Source: a candidate division FCPU426 bacterium
GTDB taxonomy: Bacteria > Oederibacteriota > Muellerivitia > Muellerivitales > Muellerivitaceae
DNA: 64,000 nt
Reading direction: 5' to 3'
Assembly (NCBI GenBank): GCA_963847625.1
Contig: CAWKAR010000023.1
Coordinates: 25,290 to 89,289 of the forward strand
The position numbers and the translations under genes are program-made. Below the pieces are notes generated by a model. It made no database searches, was not told the origin of the DNA, and saw only the letters and a program-made list of their open reading frames with translations. Shown one piece after another: positions 9,797 to 17,808 of the stretch (position 1 is the first letter of the stretch; each line of letters begins with the position of its first letter).

Positions 9797-9800
9797 AACT

Positions 9801-10181
9801 TCATCTTCTTTTAGAAATCGCCTCACCCCGGCTCTGCCAATAAATCCAAGCCATCAACAAAAGTTGGAAGGGTATCCGGGCCACCAATTCCCATTGTGGA
9901 AGTGGAATCCCCGCCCCGCCCGAAAAAATAATGTAAAGATTGAAGGGAAAAACAAAGACCAGTAATAGAAGCAGCCCGTAGCAGGCCGCCCGCCGGGTTG
10001 GGCGGAATGGAAGCAATACCGCCGCTAAAATATCGAAAGACCCTGTGAATGCCGTGAACGCTGTTCGGGCGGGAAGGAAATGGGGTACCAGGTTCAGGAA
10101 ATAGTCAAAGCGGGTGAAATGATATATCCCTAAAAAGAGATAGGTAAAAACGAGGATGCTGAGGCTGGTTTTCCGGATCAC
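9801..10181 (-). CDS. DoxX-like membrane protein
   Basis: Four TM helices; GIYHF, VPHFLP, VFPFNLY, RIPFQ motifs. Confidence 0.65.
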   Translation of the reverse strand: MIRKTSLSILVFTYLFLGIYHFTRFDYFLNLVPHFLPARTAFTAFTGSFDILAAVLLPFRPTRRAACYGLLLLLVFVFPFNLYIIFSGGAGIPLPQWELVARIPFQLLLMAWIYWQSRGEAISKRR

Positions 10182-10315
10182 GTAACTATGATACGTCGTA
10201 AAAACCTAAATCCACAACAGGACAAAAACTAACAGCAAACTGGGGTCGCCACGCACATAACCGCGCCGATTGGCGCATGTGCTCACGATGACAACTTAAA
10301 AGAAATTATTTCAAA

Positions 10316-10804
10316 TTAATTCCCCAAGGCCTTCCATTCCCCCAGCCGTTTTTGCATCTGCCCGATATGGTAGGGAATATGGCCCAGGTAGGTTTCTAAC
10401 ATTCGGTCTAAGGCCAAGACCCCCCGTTCCGGGTGGGTGACGGTTCGCTCAAAAGCCTCTTCACTTTGTGCTAAAAGCAAGTCCGCGTTGGCCCGAATGA
10501 GCCATCTTAAACCAACAATAGCGAATTCCACGTCCTTGCTTTTGTAATCCAATTCTCTGGACCAGCGGTCCTGGTCAAAAGTCATGATCGTTTTTCCGGG
10601 CTCGGCCAGGGCGGCGCGGTAACGCACGTAGAGGCTGGCCTCGGTGTCCAAAAGGTGGAAGATGATTTCATGCACACACCAGCGTCCCGGATCGGGTTTG
10701 TAATTCCACATGGATCTCGGGAATTTCGCGAGGATCTCCGGCAAATCCCGGGAGAAGTTTCCGTATTCCTTGATCTTCTCAAGGCGTTCCGAGTGTTTCA
10801 TCAT
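10316..10804 (-). CDS. DinB-family protein
   Basis: PGRWCVHEIIFHL, FDQDRW, HIPYHIGQ. Confidence 0.85.
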   Translation of the reverse strand: MMKHSERLEKIKEYGNFSRDLPEILAKFPRSMWNYKPDPGRWCVHEIIFHLLDTEASLYVRYRAALAEPGKTIMTFDQDRWSRELDYKSKDVEFAIVGLRWLIRANADLLLAQSEEAFERTVTHPERGVLALDRMLETYLGHIPYHIGQMQKRLGEWKALGN

Positions 10805-10907
10805 TACATCCTTTCATTAATACGACTGTTTGCCTTTGGATCATGATGGAGCCCATGATGAGGGGAAATCAAGCCGGTCAGTCTTGAAAACCATCCGGCC
10901 CTGGAAT

Positions 10908-12053
10908 TTACTTGGCCGGAAGGGCTTTCTCGATTTCATCCAAGCCGGCGCCGAATAAACGTTTCGCAGCCTGGTCCAAGGACTTCCGGCCGCCGGTGAA
11001 ATGGAACGTCTTGTGGATATGCTCGAGGCTTTCCCCGGGGGCCAGGGCCGCGGCGGAGGAGGATGTCTCCAATTCGAAGAAAGGCCCCTCGGGTTTCTTC
11101 CACGGCTCCGGCGGTCCGTCGTTATAACTATTCACGACGTCCCCGCCGTAAGGGTCCTTTTGGATTTCCCACATGGAATTCACGTAAATACCCGGCGGGT
11201 GCGGCAAGGTGTATTGGACCACCGTGAGGACGCCGTTCCGAGAGTCCCAGGACCCCAGTACCGGTTTGGCCCTTCGCGGGGATATTCCGATCTTGCTCCG
11301 GCAAAGCCCGTCCCCGCTGAAATAAACCACGTTCTTTCCCACCTGGATCCGGTCCCCCGGAACCTTTCCGAAATAGGAATCGTTCACGGCGGGGCCTAGT
11401 TCATCCTCCCCGCCTTCCTTAAAAGGAATCACCACGCGTGAATGGACCGAGGGCTGGAACATGCCCAGGATCCAAACCGAAACCAGCCCCTTTTCCCTCC
11501 GCCACGCTTCCCTCCCAATGTTTTTCAAGCGATTGACCGACTCAAACCCCACGTTGGATAACCCCGCCGGCTCCAAACCCAAATCGGTAAAAATGCGATC
11601 GTCGCCTAATAGGCTGATTCGACGATCCAACTCTAAATTGAAAGTAAAGCCCGCGTAATTGTGAAGTTTCATCCCTTTCTGGAACCGGATGCTTAGAGAA
11701 TCTTTTTCCACGGCCTCGAAAGGCTCCTTGTCAATGGGAGCGGGAACGTAGGAATGCTCCAAATCAAAAGCGGTCCCTGGCGCGAAAAACAGGGCGAATT
11801 GACCCCCCTCCGGCCCCAACCAGAACCGGTCTTCCCCGCCATAGGAGTTGAAATGGGGCATGGATTTCCCCGATGCGATAAGTTCCCGGTTGATCCAACC
11901 GTAACTCATGCCCTTGGAACCGTCCAAGGTGCTGGTAAATACCCGGCCTTGGAGTTTGGGGGCAACGGCCGCCTCATGGCCCCGGCCATCGGATAAAAGA
12001 TGTATTTCCGTATGGTTTCGCAGGAATTCTAAATCGTCCTGAAAGGTCGGCAT
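10908..12053 (-). CDS. Conserved hypothetical protein (DUF6786-like)
   Basis: GGEDRFWLGPEGGQF and YNDGPP...FFELETSS motifs recognised from memory, not verified. Confidence 0.6.
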   Translation of the reverse strand: MPTFQDDLEFLRNHTEIHLLSDGRGHEAAVAPKLQGRVFTSTLDGSKGMSYGWINRELIASGKSMPHFNSYGGEDRFWLGPEGGQFALFFAPGTAFDLEHSYVPAPIDKEPFEAVEKDSLSIRFQKGMKLHNYAGFTFNLELDRRISLLGDDRIFTDLGLEPAGLSNVGFESVNRLKNIGREAWRREKGLVSVWILGMFQPSVHSRVVIPFKEGGEDELGPAVNDSYFGKVPGDRIQVGKNVVYFSGDGLCRSKIGISPRRAKPVLGSWDSRNGVLTVVQYTLPHPPGIYVNSMWEIQKDPYGGDVVNSYNDGPPEPWKKPEGPFFELETSSSAAALAPGESLEHIHKTFHFTGGRKSLDQAAKRLFGAGLDEIEKALPAK

Positions 12054-12152
12054 TTTTCATCCTTCACGAGGTATTGGAATTCATAAACAGGGAATATTCT
12101 ACCCTTCAATCGGGATATCTTTGAAGATTTTGGAAGGCCATGAATTAGAAAT

Positions 12153-12184
12153 AAAAAAAGGCCCCGAAATCCTGGGGCCTTTTT
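12153..12184 (-). terminator. Terminator after degP
   Basis: AAAAGGCCCC/GGGGCCTTTT stem with A/T tails. Confidence 0.75.
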
Positions 12185-12212
12185 AATCAGAAATTTCTTA
12201 AAGAACCTTTAA

Positions 12213-13748
12213 TTATTCATCCTCCGATTGCAGCAAGGCATAGAGGGTCATGCCTTCGCGCCAAATAAAAAGACGCACGCCGTTTTTCAAATCACTCTTT
12301 TTCAACAGTACCGACAACTGGCTCGCCGAATAAATCGGCTTGTTTTCCAGGTTCAAGACGATGTCCCCGGGCTGTAAACCCGCCGCGGCCGCGGGGCTTT
12401 GCGGGTCCACTTGGGTGATAACCGGACCCTTGGGGGCGTTTCCCGGTAGCTGGCCCTTGATGTCCGCGGTCTGGTCCTGGAAAGTCAGGCCCAGGTTGTC
12501 GTTTTGGCCCGTGCCCGGGTTGGTTTCCCCCTGGTCCGGCTTGCTGGAACCGCGTTTTAAGCTGGCTTCGTCCAATTGTTGCAAAGTTACGGGAATTTCA
12601 GATTTCACCCCGTTGCGCAAGACCGTCAGTTGGACGGTTTGGCCCGGTTGGAAGGTGTAAAGCTTGGCCACCAAATCCCCCATATTCGCCACCTGGGCGC
12701 CGTTGACCTTCAGGATGATGTCGCCGGGTTTCAATCCCGCCTTCTCGGCGGCGCTGCCCGGATTGACGCTGGAAATGAGCGCCCCCTCGGTCGAGGATAA
12801 ACCGAAACTCTTCGCCATTTTCGCATTGAGGGACTGGATCATGGCCCCCAAGCCGGCGCGGAGGATCTTTCCCGTATTGACCAGGTCCTCGGCAGCCTTC
12901 CGGGCAATGTTGGAGGGTATGGCAAACCCAATGCCGATGGAGCCCCCCGATTGGCTGTAGATGGCGCTGTTGATGCCGATGACTTCCCCCTTGATGTTGC
13001 AAAGCGGGCCGCCCGAGTTGCCAGGGTTGATGGAAGCGTCAGTTTGGATGTAGTTTTGCATGCCCTGGTCCTGGCTGATTTCGACGCTTCTGCCCTTGGC
13101 CGAGATGACGCCGGTCGTGACGGTGTGGTCCAAAGCGAAGGGATTGCCCACCGCGATGGCCCACTCCCCCACCTTGAGGGCGTCGGAGTTGCCCAGGACC
13201 ACGTGCGGGAATTTCTTGTCCGAAGCGGTGATTTTCACGACGGCGATGTCGATTTTCTCGTCCTTGCCGATGATCTTGGCCGGATAAGTGGTCCCGTCCT
13301 CGAAAGTAACCGTCACTTTCTCGGCTTTACCCACGACGTGGGCGTTGGTCATGATGTAGCCGTCCTCTGTGACGATGAAACCCGATCCCAGGCTTCGCTG
13401 CTTTTGTTTGAAAATCTTCTGGCGGGGCCCGCCCTGGGGCCCGTAGAAGAAGTAATTGAAGAAATTGTCCATATTGCCGAAATCGTTGAACCCCCGGATG
13501 TCCTCGGTCCACTCGGAGCTGATGTTGACCACCGCGGGGCTGATGGCGGCGGCCACGTCGATGAAGGCGTTCTGGAGTGCCACTGCCGGGTTGTTGGGCG
13601 CCAACTGCACCGGAGCCTCCCCTTGCCCCAGGCGCAGGGTCGCCGATCCCGCTTTAAAAGGAAGGATGGAACACAGGAACAGCAGGACGGCTAGGACCGC
13701 GGCTTTGCGGCAGCCCGGTTTATTTTTTCCGTCTTTTCGGTTTCGCAT
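12213..13748 (-). CDS. degP: Do/DegP(DegQ)-family serine protease with two PDZ domains
   Basis: TNAHVV, DIAV, QTDASINPGNSGGPL, two PDZ domains. Confidence 0.92.
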   Translation of the reverse strand: MRNRKDGKNKPGCRKAAVLAVLLFLCSILPFKAGSATLRLGQGEAPVQLAPNNPAVALQNAFIDVAAAISPAVVNISSEWTEDIRGFNDFGNMDNFFNYFFYGPQGGPRQKIFKQKQRSLGSGFIVTEDGYIMTNAHVVGKAEKVTVTFEDGTTYPAKIIGKDEKIDIAVVKITASDKKFPHVVLGNSDALKVGEWAIAVGNPFALDHTVTTGVISAKGRSVEISQDQGMQNYIQTDASINPGNSGGPLCNIKGEVIGINSAIYSQSGGSIGIGFAIPSNIARKAAEDLVNTGKILRAGLGAMIQSLNAKMAKSFGLSSTEGALISSVNPGSAAEKAGLKPGDIILKVNGAQVANMGDLVAKLYTFQPGQTVQLTVLRNGVKSEIPVTLQQLDEASLKRGSSKPDQGETNPGTGQNDNLGLTFQDQTADIKGQLPGNAPKGPVITQVDPQSPAAAAGLQPGDIVLNLENKPIYSASQLSVLLKKSDLKNGVRLFIWREGMTLYALLQSEDE

Positions 13749-14082
13749 TTTTTTCCTCCGGTTTTGTTTCAGGCCCGGTCTCTTGCTCGTCCCGGGCGTT
13801 AAAGGATTTTCTTCTCAGCAACTCATCTATATCAGGGTGATTGGACGACAAGTTTATGACGATCTTGACACCCGAAAGGTTTACCCCGCAGGTTTTGACG
13901 AGATACGTGATGCTTTCGAGCCGTTCCACGTCCAACTGGGAATAAAGTCTGGTTTTCCGGATTGTCCGGCAAGGACAAATCAGTCCTAACCGTTCGTATT
14001 GGCGGATGGTCTGTTCGTGGAGGCCCAACAGCTCGGCCACCACGCTGATCGTGTAAAGGGGATGTTCGGGAGGAACGTTCAT
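13720..14082 (-). CDS. hspR: MerR-family HspR-like heat-shock regulator
   Basis: PLYTISVVAELLGLHEQTIRQYERLGLI.P.RT...RLYS, GVNLSGV. Confidence 0.8.
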   Translation of the reverse strand: MNVPPEHPLYTISVVAELLGLHEQTIRQYERLGLICPCRTIRKTRLYSQLDVERLESITYLVKTCGVNLSGVKIVINLSSNHPDIDELLRRKSFNARDEQETGPETKPEEKNAKPKRRKK

Positions 14083-14104
14083 TGTTTTTTACGTTTATTT
14101 AATC

Positions 14105-14956
14105 TCAAGAAAAATAGTCCCTCAAATGGTTGGCTTCCTTCGAGCCGCGGACCCTTCGCATGGCCCTTTCCTCGATCTGCCGGACCCTTTCCTTGGAAAT
14201 CTTCAACCGTTGGCCGATCTCGTCCAGGGTTTTGGATCCCCGGCCGTCCAGGCCATAGCGCCAGACCAGGATTTGGCCGTCGCGTTTGTCTAAAACCCGG
14301 AGGGCTTTCCAGAGCTTTTCCGAGAGATCCTTGTCCATGAGTTCCCGTTCAAAAGACTCCTGGTCCTTGGGGTCCTTCAGGAACTCGATAATCGGCCTCT
14401 CGCTATCGCCGATATGGGTCGTATCCAGGCTCATGTAACCGTAGGCGAACTCTTGGACCTCGGTCAAAGTTTTGCGGTCAATGCCCGTTTTTTTCATGAC
14501 GTCCAGATCCGAAACCGGCCTCTTGGCTTTTTGCTTCATCGCCTCGACCTGCTTGTTGATTTTGCGGATCTTTTTGGACTGGCTTTGCGGGATCCGCACC
14601 ATGTTCCCCTTGTCCAATATGGCCGCCAGGATGGATTGGCGGATCCACCATACGGCGTAGGAAACGAACCTCACGCCCCTTTCAGGGTCGAAGGTTTTGG
14701 CGGCTTTGATCAAGCCCAAATTTCCCTCGTTAATGAGGTCCAGAAAGGAAAGGCCCCGGTTGCGGAAGCCCTTGGCGACCGAAACCACGAACCTCAAATT
14801 GGACTCCACAAGCCTGTTCATGGCCGCGTCATCGCCTTTTCGGGCGCTGCGGCTGACGGCTTTTTCTTCCTCTGGAGTCAACAGAGGAATGCGGGCTATT
14901 TCTTTTAAATAGGTCCCGACTGATTTTTCTTCGCTGACGAATGTTGTTCTATCCAT
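14105..14956 (-). CDS. Sigma-70 family alternative sigma factor (RpoD/RpoS-like, no region 1.1)
   Basis: YLKEIARIPLL, SNLRFVVSVAK, DLINEGNLGL, FVSYAVWWIRQ, TLDEIG...SKERVRQIE. Confidence 0.92.
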   Translation of the reverse strand: MDRTTFVSEEKSVGTYLKEIARIPLLTPEEEKAVSRSARKGDDAAMNRLVESNLRFVVSVAKGFRNRGLSFLDLINEGNLGLIKAAKTFDPERGVRFVSYAVWWIRQSILAAILDKGNMVRIPQSQSKKIRKINKQVEAMKQKAKRPVSDLDVMKKTGIDRKTLTEVQEFAYGYMSLDTTHIGDSERPIIEFLKDPKDQESFERELMDKDLSEKLWKALRVLDKRDGQILVWRYGLDGRGSKTLDEIGQRLKISKERVRQIEERAMRRVRGSKEANHLRDYFS

Positions 14957-15012
14957 GACTTTCTCCCCAAGTAAATAATTTATTGTCAGATTTACTTCCT
15001 ACTACAATACAG

Positions 15013-15041
15013 ATTATATGAGCCAATACGTATCATGTCAA
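15013..15041 (-). promoter_or_regulatory. Perfect-consensus sigma70 promoter of the sigma-hspR-degP operon with a HAIR-like inverted repeat in the spacer
   Basis: TTGACA-N17-TATAAT exactly; ATGATA-N7-GCTCAT spans the spacer. Confidence 0.8.
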
Positions 15042-15413
15042 ATGAAATTTATTATCAAGGTGCTGTCCTAATTTGAAATATACCTTATTTATTGCTGTTT
15101 TGACGGGCTTATATATTGAAGGTGTTGTCAGTCTAAACAGCTTTTTCGACGGTTAGGTGAACAGTATAATGTTGTCACGATAGATATATTATACACCCCC
15201 CTCTCCCCCCTCTCCCCCTACCCTCCCCACCCCCAGGGGAGGGGGGTGTTATCACAAAATAACACTTTATTTTATTTAACCATCTATCCTTAGTGGGTAA
15301 ATTGTCATCCCTCATTGACATAAAACGGTATGAGAGTAAATTATAGGGTTTAAATTTTAACCCGTATTGCCTTGATTCTTTCGAGGTTAAGGTTAAAATT
15401 AATTTAACATCCC

Positions 15414-15468
15414 GTTGGCTCTTACGAGTCAGCGCCCCCCTAGGTACGTAACGGTCCTGGGGTTTTTT
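15414..15468 (+). ncRNA. Structured leader or small RNA upstream of the NYN nuclease
   Basis: Hairpin GTTGGCTC-TTAC-GAGTCAGC, then CCCTAGG...CCTGGGG plus T6; candidate promoter TTGATT-N16-TAAAAT at 15372-15399. Confidence 0.45.
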
Positions 15469-15485
15469 ATTTATGGAGCAAATTT

Positions 15486-16148
15486 ATGGCAAGAGTTACT
15501 GGTTTTATAGATGGGTTTAATCTTTATCATTCAATTGATGATCAAATAATTCCCCTCCCTCATTTCACCCAATACAAATGGCTTAATGTTATCAAACTTA
15601 TTAAAAGATTCATGCCATCAGAAGATACTTTAACTGATGTTTATTTTTTTTCTGCTATTACAGAGTGGGAAGTTGAAAGAGCAAGAAGACATAAAATATA
15701 TTTACAAGCTTTGCAAAATAGTGGCGTCAAACTAATTCTCGGAAAATTTAAAAAGAAAATCAAACGTTGTAAAAATTGCAATTTTGAAAGTGTATTTCCA
15801 GTCGAGAAAAAGACTGATGTTAATATAGCTGTAAGAATTATGGGTGCCGCTTTTAAAAATAGATTTGATAAATGTTATTTGGTTTCTGGTGACACCGACC
15901 TTGCCCCCGTTTTAGCAGAAATAAAACTTTTATTTTCAGACAAAATAATTGGTGTTATTAGTCCAATGGGAAGAGAGAATGGGGCTTTAAAACGCATAGC
16001 TCATATTCATGGGGCAATTTCGGAAGAGATTTTAAAAGATTCGATGTTTGAAAATCCATTAATTATTCCAGAAAAACCTCAACTTGAATGTCCCATTGAA
16101 TGGACTTGGAATCCTTCACCACCCGCCAACCCCGAAGTTAAATCTTAA
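15486..16148 (+). CDS. NYN (LabA/DUF88, PIN-like) putative ribonuclease with CxxC insert
   Basis: FIDGFN, EKKTDV, VSGDTDLAP acidic motifs; RCKNC. Confidence 0.88.
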   Translation: MARVTGFIDGFNLYHSIDDQIIPLPHFTQYKWLNVIKLIKRFMPSEDTLTDVYFFSAITEWEVERARRHKIYLQALQNSGVKLILGKFKKKIKRCKNCNFESVFPVEKKTDVNIAVRIMGAAFKNRFDKCYLVSGDTDLAPVLAEIKLLFSDKIIGVISPMGRENGALKRIAHIHGAISEEILKDSMFENPLIIPEKPQLECPIEWTWNPSPPANPEVKS

Positions 16149-16150
16149 AA

Positions 16151-16441
16151 TTATTTATTTTTATCTTGGCTAATTAAATAAGCTTTAACTGCCGTTTCTG
16201 GACTTTTAACTGGTGACAATTCTAAAACAGTTACAAATTCTGTGTGTCCAGGTTTATCTTCAAATCCCCACCCATAACACTTTTTAGCCGTTGGATGTCC
16301 TGTTACTTCAAAAATTTCAACTTCACCTTCCCACATAGTTTGTCCTTCGTGTTTTAAATAAACGGGAACGGTCTTAATGTGTTTAGCTTTGCAATGGTAG
16401 CCTTTACCGATTGCGTCTTGAATTGCTTCTATATATTCCAC
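16151..16441 (-). CDS. Hypothetical protein coupled to the IS1 transposase
   Basis: 96-aa ORF overlapping the transposase stop, GGAGG-like RBS context. Confidence 0.65.
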   Translation of the reverse strand: MEYIEAIQDAIGKGYHCKAKHIKTVPVYLKHEGQTMWEGEVEIFEVTGHPTAKKCYGWGFEDKPGHTEFVTVLELSPVKSPETAVKAYLISQDKNK

Positions 16442-17268
16442 TCGCCTTCAGCCCTTTCCAGTAGATCAAACAACGTCCAGGGGGCTTTTATCACACCAGC
16501 GGCCACAGCAGGAGCCGTTTTGATCGAAGAATGAATTTTAACGAAATTATAATAAGCGAAATGTAAGGCAACTGCCGCTTTAAAATTTTCCAGCTTTTTG
16601 CTGAAAGCATTTGTTAATCTTGCCAACCTACGGCAATGCATCCTTATCGTCAGGTTTTGCCGCTCGATATACGATGTGGAAATATAACCCGGATTTCCAC
16701 TTATCACTTTCGGAGTTAAGGAAGTTAATTCTGGAGGATTGTACTTACCCTTAAAATCCACAAGAGACGAGTAGGTTTTTACTATTTGTCCATAATCGGC
16801 ATTTCGGCCAAAGGCTATATCTATGGCCGCTAAAAAACCTTTATAAGCGTCCGTGTGAATCCTTGGTTTGTTTTTTAAACGTTTGGATAAATCAACAGCT
16901 AATTCAATAGCCGTTTCAGGAGACCTAGAACCGACTTTGTAATTAGGAACCAAACGAGTGTCTTTATCCAAAGTCATAAAAGTATAAATCTCGCCCTCCC
17001 CTGTTTCGGCGGCTTGAATCTTTTTACGCCCGTAAGCTGGTTTCTTTTTAATGAATCCATAAATCTCATCAATCTGGATTTTGTCACAGGTTAGATCGAC
17101 CATTTCCCTATCCGCTATCATGTCACAAGCCATTCCCACACGAAGGCCAAGGCGCATAATCGTATCCCGATGAACACCAGTTTGACGCTCCAATGAGCGA
17201 ATACTAGAATCTTCCACTAAGCCGGATAGAAGCCTTAATTTTGTTTGGTCATCCAGGTTGTTAGCCAT
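16429..17268 (-). CDS. IS1-family DDE transposase (single ORF)
   Basis: HTH SIRSLERQTGVHRDTI; DDE motifs QIDEIYGF, IHTDAY, STSYIERQN; RLTNAFSKK...YNF. Confidence 0.88.
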   Translation of the reverse strand: MANNLDDQTKLRLLSGLVEDSSIRSLERQTGVHRDTIMRLGLRVGMACDMIADREMVDLTCDKIQIDEIYGFIKKKPAYGRKKIQAAETGEGEIYTFMTLDKDTRLVPNYKVGSRSPETAIELAVDLSKRLKNKPRIHTDAYKGFLAAIDIAFGRNADYGQIVKTYSSLVDFKGKYNPPELTSLTPKVISGNPGYISTSYIERQNLTIRMHCRRLARLTNAFSKKLENFKAAVALHFAYYNFVKIHSSIKTAPAVAAGVIKAPWTLFDLLERAEGEWNI

Positions 17269-17303
17269 ACATTTTCTCCTTGCATTTCTTACTTACATGT
17301 ATT

Positions 17304-17348
17304 ATTGTACGCACATTAATTCTTATGTCAATAAAAAACGTACGTACA
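17304..17348. promoter_or_regulatory. Transposase promoter with palindromic operators
   Basis: Minus-strand TTGACA-N16-TACAAT (17304-17331); TGTACGCACA 17306-17315 and CGTACGTACA 17339-17348; third copy TGTGCGCACA at 17534-17543. Confidence 0.55.
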
Positions 17349-17360
17349 AAAAATAAAGCT

Positions 17361-17522
17361 ATGACCAAAGGTCGGAAAAAACTCCCCGATAATATAAAGA
17401 AGGCAAAACGCCTTTATTTGCGGTTAAATGAGGAAACTAAAGCGAAATATGAGCAAGCGGCTCAAAAGGCGGGAATAGGCCTATCTGAATGGATTAGAAA
17501 GACGCTTGACAAAAATTCTTGA
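17361..17522 (+). CDS. Small ribbon-helix-helix (CopG-like) DNA-binding protein
   Basis: RLYLRLNEETKAKYEQAAQKAGIGLSEWIRKTLD pattern. Confidence 0.7.
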   Translation: MTKGRKKLPDNIKKAKRLYLRLNEETKAKYEQAAQKAGIGLSEWIRKTLDKNS

Positions 17523-17548
17523 CAAGTATATTCTGTGCGCACAAGAAA

Positions 17549-17646
17549 TGGCGGAGGACGACGGCATCGAATCCGAATCGTGTCTCTAGCACGATGTACC
17601 CAGGATGTACAGCCTGAGCCCACAGCCTCTCTGTGGTTCATCCTCC
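17549..17646 (-). tRNA. Non-canonical tRNA-like RNA (allo-tRNA-like 9/3 fold, 98 nt, anticodon loop CUGUACAU, GCCA end)
   Basis: GGAGGATGA/TCGTCCTCC acceptor, CCACAG/CTGTGG D-stem, CTCAGG/CCTGGG anticodon stem, ATCGTG/CACGAT variable arm, CGG-ATTCGATG-CCG T-arm; G-U pairs form only on the minus strand. Confidence 0.7.
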
Positions 17647-17661
17647 GAGTTTATCAAGGTA

Positions 17662-17765
17662 GTAGGGGTGGGGAGCTTTAAAACTCCCCTTGCGAGCCAC
17701 CGCAATTTTGTTTCCCGTATTCAACCCACGGGACGAACCGAGTTTGGACCTCGGCCAACCCCCAC
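17662..17765 (-). ncRNA. Second irregular tRNA-like cloverleaf (104 nt, no encoded CCA)
   Basis: GTGGGGGT/ACCCCTAC closing stem with arms CCGAG/CTCGG, TCCCGT/ACGGGA, TTGCG/CGCAA and GGGGAGT/GCTCCCC. Confidence 0.55.
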
Positions 17766-17774
17766 AAGTACATT

Positions 17775-17808
17775 AAGCGGAATGTGTTTACGCACATTCC
17801 GCTTTTTT
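17775..17808 (+). terminator. Strong intrinsic terminator (plus-strand U-tract)
   Basis: Perfect 12-bp stem AAGCGGAATGTG/CACATTCCGCTT followed by TTTT. Confidence 0.75.

Noticed and set aside
17549..17575. tRNA 3' end as a phage or ICE attachment site
   Set aside because: It is a full cloverleaf in the middle of the element, with no second copy and no integrase; the boundaries are explained by TIRs and a TSD
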